The notes beneath the pieces were generated by a model that made no database searches, was not told the origin of the DNA, and saw only the letters and a list, made by a program, of their open reading frames with translations. A DNA stretch of 60,949 bases from a virus (taxonomy: Duplodnaviria > Caudoviricetes): positions 1 to 60,949 of IMG/VR virus record IMGVR_UViG_3300042814_000075. One strand, given 5' to 3'. A program made the position numbers and the translations under genes. Each line of letters opens with the position of its first letter. Positions within the stretch are counted from its first letter, which is position 1. Positions 29,550 to 38,280 of the stretch are shown here, piece by piece.

Positions 29550-29981
29550 GTGAACTACACGACGATCGACCGCTGGCTCGTCCATTGCGAGGCCTGCGGC
29601 TACCGGTGGGCCGTGAACGCGACCCAGGCCCCCACCGCGCACCACGGCACCTGCACGCCAACCGGCCGGCACACGTTCCGCCGCGGGCTCGCGGTCGAGC
29701 GGATCATCCACCGCCGGGCCCGCCAAGGGCGCGAGCACTGCCGCATGGCCGAGCCGAAACAGATCCCGCCGCCGAGTCGTAGCGATCGCGACGGGGCGTG
29801 CTCCTGGAACTGCCGCGGCTCGCAGTCGGCCACCTGTTACTGCCCCTGCGGCGGGGAGCATCATGCCACCACGTCTGTCGTCACGGCTCCCAATCCCGAT
29901 GGCGGGCGTGACGTCATGGACATGCTGATCGCGCGCACGCGGACGCGCGACTTTCCCCGAAGAGCGAGGAAGAGCACATGA
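29550..29981 (+). CDS. Cys-rich Zn-binding protein
   Basis: CEAC...C...CSWNC...CYCPCGGEHH. Confidence 0.55.
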   Translation: MNYTTIDRWLVHCEACGYRWAVNATQAPTAHHGTCTPTGRHTFRRGLAVERIIHRRARQGREHCRMAEPKQIPPPSRSDRDGACSWNCRGSQSATCYCPCGGEHHATTSVVTAPNPDGGRDVMDMLIARTRTRDFPRRARKST

Positions 29982-30616
29982 GCGCACTGCGGCCTAGCCT
30001 GGATCGGTATCTCCATGCGGACACGGTTGAGGGCTGTCCGGGGTGCACTGCTCCGCGACCAAGGCTCATCAGCTTGAGTTACGTCAAACCTCATCCGCCT
30101 TTTTGGGTCGAGTGCTCGAACTGCGGCGCGAGCGGCCCGAACCATGGCGACAAGCAGGGCGCGATACTTTGCTGGGAGCGTATGGTCGCCGGGCCGCCGA
30201 AGATGAGCGCCGAGGGATGGGCCGAAGCGCGAGCAGCCTTTGCCGTAGTAGACGACTGGTTCCGCTCGCTCGGGGGTGATGATCGTGCTTCCGATGGGGA
30301 ACAAAATGCAGAAGCCGGCAACCTGGCACCCGCCTCGCCCGTTGTGCACCCAACACCCCCGAGCGATACCCCCACCATCGCCTTTGACGATCCGCGCCAC
30401 GACGAATGGCAGCACCAATTGCAGCGGTCGTTTGCCCTGGGACGCCGTTTTGGGATTGAAGAAGTAGAAGCCATTCTTCGCCAAGGCGTGCGCCCGATAA
30501 CGGATCACTTGGCAGCGATGAACGCACGGATTGATGATCTGAGCGCTTCGGCACTAAGGGAAGCCGGCATCGCCGAGGACGGATCGGATGCCGCGCCAAC
30601 GCCGGAAGGTCCATGA
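29978..30616 (+). CDS. Lar-like (restriction alleviation) Zn-ribbon domain protein
   Basis: CPGC...VECSNCGASGP...AILCWER pattern. Confidence 0.55.
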   Translation: MSALRPSLDRYLHADTVEGCPGCTAPRPRLISLSYVKPHPPFWVECSNCGASGPNHGDKQGAILCWERMVAGPPKMSAEGWAEARAAFAVVDDWFRSLGGDDRASDGEQNAEAGNLAPASPVVHPTPPSDTPTIAFDDPRHDEWQHQLQRSFALGRRFGIEEVEAILRQGVRPITDHLAAMNARIDDLSASALREAGIAEDGSDAAPTPEGP

Positions 30617-30933
30617 ACTGGGAACGCGCCATCCCACCGAGCGGCCTTGAGCACGTGGAGCACTGGAAGTCGGACACCGGCGCTGCCGTATTCGTCGCGC
30701 GTGAGGGTGATCGCTGGCACATGTCGATCGCTCACCCCAAACGCCTACCGACATGGCCGGAAGTCCACGAGGCGCGCTACCGCTTCCTGCCCGAGCAAAT
30801 GGTGGTCGGGATGCTCCTCCCGCCCAAAGCCGACTACGTGAACAAGCACCCGTACTGCTTCCACCTGTGGGAGATCCAAGGCGAAGAGGCCTACTCCCAC
30901 GCGCCATCGCTTCGGAGGATCGTCATCCCATGA
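30613..30933 (+). CDS. Conserved phage hypothetical protein
   Basis: WHMSIAH..RLPTWPEV..ARYRF...YVNKHPYCFHLW motif. Confidence 0.65.
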   Translation: MNWERAIPPSGLEHVEHWKSDTGAAVFVAREGDRWHMSIAHPKRLPTWPEVHEARYRFLPEQMVVGMLLPPKADYVNKHPYCFHLWEIQGEEAYSHAPSLRRIVIP

Positions 30934-31086
30934 GCGCCAAACCGGAGTATCCGCGCGCGATCCTGGACGCGATGAGCACCGCCGATCTTGCCCGCTTGAT
31001 GATCGCCACCGTCGAGGCTGGCTTCCCCGAAGATCGCTGGTTCGTCGATCTCCTCTGCGAAGAGATCAAGCGCCGCAAGCCAAATG

Positions 31087-31120
31087 AAAAGGGCCCGGAT
31101 CACTCCGGGCCCTCTTGCTT
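31087..31120. terminator. Bidirectional intrinsic terminator between the convergent operons
   Basis: aaaAGGGCCCGGA-tcac-TCCGGGCCCTcttgctt, perfect 10-bp stem. Confidence 0.7.
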
Positions 31121-31147
31121 CTCGGCTCCGCTATGATCGCTAGGCTA

Positions 31148-31708
31148 TCACCAGTAAAGTCCTACTTGCACGCCGAACTCGCCATCCCAGGGGTAAACCT
31201 CGTCATCGTCGCCCACCCAGATGTCACGGAACGTATACCGCAAACCAGCGTACAGCGGATCAATGTCGAACTCGAAACCCGCCTCGACACCGAGCGACAG
31301 CTTGTCGGGACCCGTCGGCACGGCGAGTACCACCGCCGCATGGACGTAGGTCGGCACGGATCCCAGCTCCCCGATCCCGCCCTGATACAAGCCCAACTTG
31401 GCGTAGGCCGTGCCATCCCACGGCACCGTCTGCCTCTCCGACAGCACATCGTGCAGCGTGTAGCCCAGTCCAATCCACGGCGTGCCGAAGTCTAGCTCGA
31501 CCCCACCCGACACGCCATTGGTCCACTGCGCATCGTGGCCGCTCACTCGATCAGAATTGAACTCGATGTATGGGTGCACCTCGACGCCCAGCACCTCGTG
31601 CTCGGGGCGCCCCCGCTCATCCTCTTTCGCCGTCGTCCTTGTCTGTGCACTCGCGCCCGTCGCCATGACGACGATCCCCGCGAGCACCATGAGCCATGTT
31701 CTACGCAT
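31148..31708 (-). CDS. Outer-membrane beta-barrel protein
   Basis: Signal peptide (..GASA/Q), alternating amphipathic strands, terminal GVQVGLYW beta-signal. Confidence 0.65.
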   Translation of the reverse strand: MRRTWLMVLAGIVVMATGASAQTRTTAKEDERGRPEHEVLGVEVHPYIEFNSDRVSGHDAQWTNGVSGGVELDFGTPWIGLGYTLHDVLSERQTVPWDGTAYAKLGLYQGGIGELGSVPTYVHAAVVLAVPTGPDKLSLGVEAGFEFDIDPLYAGLRYTFRDIWVGDDDEVYPWDGEFGVQVGLYW

Positions 31709-31756
31709 TGGGTTACCTCCCATGATTGCCCCGGCATCCCTGCTGGGGCGAATTGA

Positions 31757-32242
31757 CTAGCGACCGATCCGGCTAAAGGCCCAGTCCAAGAACCGCGCAA
31801 AGAACTGGGATCCAAGAAGTAGCCAGAGCCGTCCCGTCTCCTTCGCCGTCTCGACGACCGGCGCCACGAGCGTTGAGTCCTGCGCCACGGCACGACCCAC
31901 GAACACCAAGGCAAAGAGCAAGGCGAGTCCTACGGTCAACGCCTGGGCCTTATCCCGACTCGTCACAAACGGGACCTTCGCCGCTCCCGCCTTGACCGTG
32001 TTCACAGCCCCTGTCACAAACGCGCGGGTTCCCGTCAGGATCAGGAAGAGGATCAGTCCCTCCTGCACTCCGGGGATCAGGGTCAAGTCCGTCGTCACGA
32101 TCACGTAGGCCGTCGCGACCGCGGCGATGACCGCGGCGAGGATCTCCCGCCAGAGTTGCGGCACCCACTGCTTCAACACGGCGATTACCTGCGGGATCGC
32201 GATCAGCATCCAGGCGGGGAAAAAGAGTAAGTCTTCCATCAC
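31757..32242 (-). CDS. Holin-like multi-pass membrane protein
   Basis: Several hydrophobic segments; distal end of the late operon. Confidence 0.5.
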   Translation of the reverse strand: MMEDLLFFPAWMLIAIPQVIAVLKQWVPQLWREILAAVIAAVATAYVIVTTDLTLIPGVQEGLILFLILTGTRAFVTGAVNTVKAGAAKVPFVTSRDKAQALTVGLALLFALVFVGRAVAQDSTLVAPVVETAKETGRLWLLLGSQFFARFLDWAFSRIGR

Positions 32243-32256
32243 CTATCCTTCCGATG

Positions 32257-32913
32257 TTACGGGTTCTCCGGTTTCACATCTGCCTTCCGAAACAAGATCA
32301 CATTGCCCCACTGCGAGTGCAGGGCGTAGCCCCGGCCTTCCTGGCTCCACGCCGATTGAACACCGGGCCCGAACTTGGGCCACCAATCGTCGAGAAGGAT
32401 CCAGCGCGTGGCGAGTGATTTCGCAAGCAAGATGTCCCGCGCCACGGCATCATGCTCGTGATCTCCGTCGATAAACACGAGATCGGGAGAGGCGTAGTTC
32501 AAGCCCTCCATGACTTCTTGCGCGGTGAGGGTGCCCGAATCCCTGGACACGAATCGGAAGCGTGGCGCGTAGCGTCGCTCCATGCTCCGCGCGGCCTGGA
32601 TCACGTGGTCATTCGTCGTCCAGTCCACCGACAGAACGCGCTTCACTTCGGGCCGGAGACCAAGGAACATGCTCGCTGACGCCCCAGCGCCGAATCCGAT
32701 CTCGAAGATATGCGCCGGGCGCACGATCTCGATCACGTCCTGGATGATCGCCAAGGAATGCGGCCCGAGACCGTACATCTCGAGGAGCGGCAGGTCCCGC
32801 GTGATGACGGCAAACAGCGCTTCCGCCTCGGGCGTCACGTTCTCCCGATACTCATCGATCTCGTCATCGGTCGCGTAGTTCAGCATGTCGAAAGGCGTCG
32901 GGGTCCAGTGCAC
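32257..32913 (-). CDS. Class I SAM-dependent methyltransferase (Methyltransf_24-like)
   Basis: IFEIGFGAGAS, SVD, DLVFIDGDHE, ILLDD. Confidence 0.85.
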   Translation of the reverse strand: MHWTPTPFDMLNYATDDEIDEYRENVTPEAEALFAVITRDLPLLEMYGLGPHSLAIIQDVIEIVRPAHIFEIGFGAGASASMFLGLRPEVKRVLSVDWTTNDHVIQAARSMERRYAPRFRFVSRDSGTLTAQEVMEGLNYASPDLVFIDGDHEHDAVARDILLAKSLATRWILLDDWWPKFGPGVQSAWSQEGRGYALHSQWGNVILFRKADVKPENP

Positions 32914-32914
32914 G

Positions 32915-33703
32915 TTAGGCCCCCCCGCCCCGATGCCGCTCGACCCAGGATTGTGCAAAGCGCGGGTGCGACACGGGGAGCGGCATCAACTCGTCGTCGG
33001 TGATAATGTCCTGATAGCGGAAGCCCGTCCCTTCGGCGCGCATCTTGAGCACCCGCTCATCCACGGTTGCTTCCTTGCCGTGGAACCAGCCTTGCATCTC
33101 GATCGTCTTATCAATTAGGGCTTCGCCCGCCCGCACGAATCCGTAGTGCACGATCGTGATGTGATTCAGGAGCCGCATATCCCGTCCGTCGGATTCGATG
33201 ATGGACTCGGCATCTCCGACCGCGGGATAGGGAGTCATAGCGAGCCGGGTCGGCATGTCGGAACAGGGCTTCATCGTGGAATCGATCTTCACGCAGCGAT
33301 CGACGTCGCCATAGAGATTGAACCGCCGCACGCGAAAGGTCGTCGCCCCCCAGCCATCCGCCGTCACGGCCTCCCGGATGATCGGGTGGCTCGCCTCATG
33401 CAATACCTCATCGGCCTGCAGCATGAAATGCCAGTGCGTATCGAGCTTCTCTCGCGCGGCGTTAGCGTGGAGAGCGAGCCGCACATAATTGTCCCCGACT
33501 TCCCACGGCTGCTCGGTGTAGACGCGGAGATGGGAATGGCGCCGCTCGAGCTCTCGCAGAAGATCCACCGTGCCATCGGTGGATTCGCAATCAAGGGCCA
33601 CGATCTCATCGCAGACAGGGGCGAGCGATTCGATCGCGGCTTCGAGGCAGTAGTCAAGCCGGATCGCATCGCGCACAAAGATCGACCCGCCAAGAAGCTT
33701 CAT
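32915..33703 (-). CDS. Glycosyltransferase family 2-like
   Basis: DEIVALDCESTDGT, WHFMLQADEVLHE, IVHYGF. Confidence 0.85.
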   Translation of the reverse strand: MKLLGGSIFVRDAIRLDYCLEAAIESLAPVCDEIVALDCESTDGTVDLLRELERRHSHLRVYTEQPWEVGDNYVRLALHANAAREKLDTHWHFMLQADEVLHEASHPIIREAVTADGWGATTFRVRRFNLYGDVDRCVKIDSTMKPCSDMPTRLAMTPYPAVGDAESIIESDGRDMRLLNHITIVHYGFVRAGEALIDKTIEMQGWFHGKEATVDERVLKMRAEGTGFRYQDIITDDELMPLPVSHPRFAQSWVERHRGGGA

Positions 33704-35259
33704 CCCCCGTTCATCTCCACGCGTTGAATCACGGCGTCGAGGATGGCCGTCGGGCGGAGTCCTAGGCAGGCGAGATCCCCACGCGCGCAGCCCTGAAAGG
33801 ATGTCGTTCCCGGTCCCTGGATATGATGGCAACCAAGGCAATCGAGATCAGGAGCCGTGACGGCGGTAACATTCGCGTCCCCATCGCTCACGATGTCCTG
33901 CCGGGTGCAGCCAAAGAAGACGACCGACGGGCAGCCCATCGCGCGGGCGATATGGTAGGGCCCCGAGTCGAGCCCCATAAAGAGCTTCGCCCGGCCAAGG
34001 ATCGCCGCGAGCCCCATGAGAGACGTTCGGCCCCCGAGCGGCAAATCAGCATCCGTGAGCTGACGTCCACTGCCGACCTCCGCGACGACATAGCCCCGGC
34101 GTCCGAGTTCATCGATCGCTCCGGTCCAGGCATCGGGGCCGATATCCTTCCCGGCCCATCCCGTGGCTTGCGGGGCGACGATCGCGAGCCGCTCCGGCCG
34201 GCCAACGAGCTTATCCGCCTCCGCTTCGGCTGCCGGTCCGGGATGGAGATCACCCGCAGGGGTCGGATCTTCGGGCGCGAACATGGTCGCCTCGGCGAAG
34301 GACTTCCAATAGGGGCGACCGAGCCGCCGCTCGTAGAGCCCATCCAGATCCCAGGCGTAGGCCATGCGGCGCCCCATCGACTGGAAATCGACCGAGTGCA
34401 CTACGTCTTCCACGTGCGGATTGCCGCGCACGAGTTCGGGCAAGATCGTCGCAAAGAAGATCCGCGCCTCGGGGATCAATCCCTTGACGAGTTTCGGGAG
34501 CGACGTCGCGATCACCACGTCGCCAATCGCGGCCGATCGGCGAATGAGCACCGTGGGATCGAAGGCCCGGCGGCGCAGGTAATCACTCCACCGCGCCACA
34601 AACCGTTGCTGAGCCAAGTGTAGGTGTGGCCCGAGATCTATCCCGCCATGATGATCCTTGTCGGGCTCGTTCGGATGCCAGACCGGGATCCCATCCGCCG
34701 TCGCGATCTTCCATCCTCTTGCACGCAGCCGGAGCGAGTAGTCGGAGTCGTCACCGTAAGCGAAGGGAAAGAAGCGATCACACAGGCCGATTTCATTCGC
34801 GATCGCCGTGCGGGTCATAAAGCAAGAGCCGTCGATATACTCAAGCGGCCCCTGCGGATTCCCGATTCCGTCATCGCGGAGCGACTGATGCTGCCCCGTG
34901 CGCCCGACTTCGGCGACCGCGGGATCCCGATCGAGCGGCGCGCGTAAAGCGTTGAGCCATCCCGGCCCGACCCAGGCATCATTATCGATCGAGACAAAGT
35001 AGGGCGCCCGCGCTCGCTCGCAGGAGCGCCGCTTGGGGCCGCTGATCCCCTCATTGCGCGCATTCGTCACGATCGTCAACCGTCGGTCGGCCTCGGCCAT
35101 GCCGGCCAAGAGCTCGGCCGTGCCGTCCACCGATCCGTTGTCCGTGACGATGATCTCCGTATCGGCGGGCGAGTGTTCGATGACCGAGCGCAAGCACCGC
35201 TCCGTCATCACGCGGCGGTTGAAGCAGAGAACGGAGATCGTGTAGTGAGGCTCGTTCAC
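33700..35259 (-). CDS. Bifunctional glycosyltransferase GT2 + GT9
   Basis: N-terminal IIVTDNGSVDGT, SIDND, DDSDYSLR; C-terminal AIGDVV, GLDSGPYHIA, CLGCH. Confidence 0.88.
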   Translation of the reverse strand: MNEPHYTISVLCFNRRVMTERCLRSVIEHSPADTEIIVTDNGSVDGTAELLAGMAEADRRLTIVTNARNEGISGPKRRSCERARAPYFVSIDNDAWVGPGWLNALRAPLDRDPAVAEVGRTGQHQSLRDDGIGNPQGPLEYIDGSCFMTRTAIANEIGLCDRFFPFAYGDDSDYSLRLRARGWKIATADGIPVWHPNEPDKDHHGGIDLGPHLHLAQQRFVARWSDYLRRRAFDPTVLIRRSAAIGDVVIATSLPKLVKGLIPEARIFFATILPELVRGNPHVEDVVHSVDFQSMGRRMAYAWDLDGLYERRLGRPYWKSFAEATMFAPEDPTPAGDLHPGPAAEAEADKLVGRPERLAIVAPQATGWAGKDIGPDAWTGAIDELGRRGYVVAEVGSGRQLTDADLPLGGRTSLMGLAAILGRAKLFMGLDSGPYHIARAMGCPSVVFFGCTRQDIVSDGDANVTAVTAPDLDCLGCHHIQGPGTTSFQGCARGDLACLGLRPTAILDAVIQRVEMNGG

Positions 35260-35852
35260 GCGCGATCACTCGCTGGCCCCGGCACCCGCTGGAAGATCAT
35301 CGCTCCACCCCAGTCGGAGCCATCCGATTCCCCGACCTTCATCCAGGCTGGATGCCGTTCGATCCCCAGGAGCTTGATCGCCAGCCGCACGCCGACCGAG
35401 AACTCGGGCAGCTCCCGCGGTCCGTGCTGCTGGTAGTCCTTCCCCTGCATCTGGCGGCCCGAGTCATGGAAGACGACGATCCCGCCCGGAATCACGCGGG
35501 CACCGTAGTGGAGGAAGTCGAGGGCGACGTGGTTCACGCAATGGCAGCCATCGATCAGGACGAAATGCAACTCGGCAGGGACGCGATGATAGACCTCAGT
35601 CGAGTCCCCGAGTACCAAATGCGCTTCCTGAAATGGCGGGGCTACGGGCATGTCACGGGCCGAGTCCACGGCCCAATAGCGGAACGGGGTTCCCGTCATA
35701 TGGCGGGCGATCGCGCGGGAGGTCTTCCCTTCGCGAATGCCAATCTCCACGAGCTCCAACGTCTGCCCGTGAAAGCGGCCGGCGAGATTGGCGAGCACAT
35801 CGCCGATCAATTCGGCGTCCGTTGTCGTCAGGAGTCCGTATTCGGTGATCAT
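35256..35852 (-). CDS. Class I SAM-dependent methyltransferase (Methyltransf_24-like)
   Basis: VEIGIREGKT, GDS, VLIDGCH, PGGIVVFHD. Confidence 0.85.
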   Translation of the reverse strand: MITEYGLLTTTDAELIGDVLANLAGRFHGQTLELVEIGIREGKTSRAIARHMTGTPFRYWAVDSARDMPVAPPFQEAHLVLGDSTEVYHRVPAELHFVLIDGCHCVNHVALDFLHYGARVIPGGIVVFHDSGRQMQGKDYQQHGPRELPEFSVGVRLAIKLLGIERHPAWMKVGESDGSDWGGAMIFQRVPGPASDRA

Positions 35853-35944
35853 CGTTGATCCTTCACGGGTGAACCACGCGCCACCGCTCGCCCCGGATGG
35901 GGTCCACGATGGCGCGCAGGTATGGTAACGGGACGGGCATGGAA

Positions 35945-36484
35945 CTAGTCGGGGACGGGCGTCCCGACGGAGACGTTCAGCTGCCCCGGAACCCCGGGCT
36001 CGTAGCTCAACGGCTGGAGCGTGGACTCGTACCCCGGCGCCGAGATCGTGACGTCCGCTGCCCCACGATCGAGCGGCGTCAGGAGCCACGCCTCGTGAGT
36101 CCCCGGGATCGTGATCGGAAGCCCTTCGGCATCCAAGCCCTCATGCTCGGGCAAGACTTCGATCCCCACCTGATCGGGGGCCGAACTCACCCAGCTCACC
36201 TGAACCGCCGGATCCGGCGTACCGTCGGGCTTCCGTGGGGCCGTCGATACCAAGACACGCTCGACATCGAGCATGACAATGGGTGGTCTCGTAATCATCG
36301 TCGATCTCCTTCCATGGATTTCGCGTACAAACAAGCCCAGCTCTGCCTTCCCTTGCGGAGCCGAGAGGATATCGACCAGCTTCTTGAACGACTGATCGAT
36401 CGCGTGCACATGCTGCACGAGTTCCCTTAAGAGCCGATCATCGTCATGGGTCGGTCGTCTCTCCCGACCGCCTGCCCATTGCAT
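35945..36484 (-). CDS. Hypothetical protein with Ig-like (Big_2-type) C-terminal domain
   Basis: AAAGGAGG RBS; VSWVSSAP...GAADVTISA. Confidence 0.5.
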   Translation of the reverse strand: MQWAGGRERRPTHDDDRLLRELVQHVHAIDQSFKKLVDILSAPQGKAELGLFVREIHGRRSTMITRPPIVMLDVERVLVSTAPRKPDGTPDPAVQVSWVSSAPDQVGIEVLPEHEGLDAEGLPITIPGTHEAWLLTPLDRGAADVTISAPGYESTLQPLSYEPGVPGQLNVSVGTPVPD

Positions 36485-36498
36485 TGGCCCTCCTTTCG

Positions 36499-36681
36499 TC
36501 ACGGTTGAATCAGACTGCCGCCGCCGCCCAACACGCCGGCGATCCGGAGGAGCCAGATACAAAGACCCAGCACCAGGACGACGGTCAACACCGTCTTGAT
36601 CGGTGGGGGCAACGGCACGTAAGTATTCACGAGCCAGATGCAGACCCCCACGACTACCAGCGTTATCAGAACCGGGATCAT
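36499..36681 (-). CDS. Small 2-TM membrane protein (Thivi_2564-like)
   Basis: LITLVVVGVCIWLVNTYVPLPPPIKTVL...WLL. Confidence 0.7.
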   Translation of the reverse strand: MIPVLITLVVVGVCIWLVNTYVPLPPPIKTVLTVVLVLGLCIWLLRIAGVLGGGGSLIQP

Positions 36682-36712
36682 GACAATCCCCCTTTCTTAG
36701 ACTCTCCCCACA

Positions 36713-37063
36713 TCACTTCGTCGCCTTGAAGTAGTTGAGTGCTACTTGCAGGCAAATCGGAATGGCGACGGCGAGAAATACCGCGATCGCTGCGAGCTTC
36801 TCCAAGGCCTGGAGACGTGAGTTCATTTCTTTGAGATCCGCCGTCGTCACCTTGTCCGCCGCGAGCCTCCCTGCTTCATTGTTCAGGTGTTCCAGATGCT
36901 TGGATAGTTCTGCCGAACGCTCCCGCTGGATATCGCTATCAATCTTCGCCGCGAGCTGGGTTGCCTTCTCCATCGCGATGAAGCGCAAATTAATATTATC
37001 TTTGAACGCGCCGAAGCGATACTTGATGGTCTTCTCGAAATACTTTTGGCAAACACGGTTCAT
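36713..37063 (-). CDS. Coiled-coil protein with C-terminal TM (holin/antiholin-like)
   Basis: Lysis-region position; C-terminal hydrophobic helix. Confidence 0.45.
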   Translation of the reverse strand: MNRVCQKYFEKTIKYRFGAFKDNINLRFIAMEKATQLAAKIDSDIQRERSAELSKHLEHLNNEAGRLAADKVTTADLKEMNSRLQALEKLAAIAVFLAVAIPICLQVALNYFKATK

Positions 37064-37283
37064 TTATGGTTCTCCCACCATGTCGGATCAATCCGAAAGT
37101 CCCGCGTGCCGTCGGGATGCGTGATGAAATCGCTCTGATTCGGCAGCCGGTTCGGATTCTCCTTCGGGCCTAGATACTGCACCCGCACATCGTGCGACTG
37201 CGCCTGCGCGATCCGTAGGCTTTGTAGACATGCGCGCTGATAGCACCGGCAGGGCTCCTCCATGCCTTCCACTTTCCATGTGC

Positions 37284-37775
37284 TCATGCTGGCACCCCCG
37301 GAATGTCCACGCGGCGCACGGTCTCCCTCTCGGGACGGCACTGGAGGTGCAGGTGCGTTCCTGAGACCGAATGGAAGAGCGCCACTTGGTGCGCCTCGCT
37401 TGCTTGGTAGCGCCATCTATCATTGATTGCTGATACGAGCCTCCGCATGACGGTGGATGGCAGGAATGGCCAGTCCTGGTAACGCATTCCCGGGCGCGCC
37501 ATCCTGACCGAGATATCGGCCCCGCGGCAGCCACTCCAGGGATCACCCAGCACGCGCACCGCCTCATGCACGCTCGCGGCCGGCGGGGTGAGTCCTGCCT
37601 CCGTGTAGATCCTGACCGTCTCGTCGTGCGTGCGGAACATCTCCGTCACGATCATGTTCTCCTGGCTCGTGTACTCGAACCACATCCCGTCGGCGAGCTC
37701 GCGCACGATCTGCCAGAGCGTCGGATGGAGCAACGCCACATCTCGGGCAATCGATGAGCGAGCGAACCTGAGCAC
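37284..37775 (-). CDS. Endolysin, peptidase M15 (Hedgehog/DD-peptidase) family
   Basis: TEMFRT...SVHE...RGADIS...HLHLQ Zn ligands; GGAGG RBS 6 nt before GTG 37775. Confidence 0.7.
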   Translation of the reverse strand: MLRFARSSIARDVALLHPTLWQIVRELADGMWFEYTSQENMIVTEMFRTHDETVRIYTEAGLTPPAASVHEAVRVLGDPWSGCRGADISVRMARPGMRYQDWPFLPSTVMRRLVSAINDRWRYQASEAHQVALFHSVSGTHLHLQCRPERETVRRVDIPGVPA

Positions 37776-37785
37776 GCCATGCCTC

Positions 37786-38280
37786 CTAGAACGGCGTGTC
37801 CGTTGAGCGGTAGAGGAAGCCCTGAAACCCGAGCGACATGGACGTGCCACCAACCATCGCCGGGCCGGCCCATCGCCACCCAATCCATTGGAACGTTGCC
37901 ACCTGAACGTCCAGGTCCCATATCTCGAACAATGTCCCGGCCCCCAACGTCACGGGGGCTGCCGCCACGGATGGAAAGGCTGGCGTCCAGGTTGCCCCGC
38001 CGTCGAAGGAGACATCGAACTCGGCCGTCTGATCTCCGCCCGCACTTTGCGCCGCGAAGCCGAAAATATAGAGCCGGTTATGGACGGACTTCTGGGGGTT
38101 GTAAGGAAAGAACCCGCGGGGGGCGGTGGCATAGGCACCGATCGTGTCCGCGACCGTATGGCTGTAGAAGTAGCTCCATATGGGTACGCCGGGCGTAATG
38201 TAGTCCGTGTTGGCCTGGTTCATCTTCGATGATGAGACCGGCCGCTCTTGGAATGCCCAGCTAACCCGCGCCTTCGACAT
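37786..38280 (-). CDS. Tail-tip associated protein
   Basis: W...VSSSKMNQ N-terminal motif typical of fibre/tip anchors; follows the large tail gene. Confidence 0.5.
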   Translation of the reverse strand: MSKARVSWAFQERPVSSSKMNQANTDYITPGVPIWSYFYSHTVADTIGAYATAPRGFFPYNPQKSVHNRLYIFGFAAQSAGGDQTAEFDVSFDGGATWTPAFPSVAAAPVTLGAGTLFEIWDLDVQVATFQWIGWRWAGPAMVGGTSMSLGFQGFLYRSTDTPF

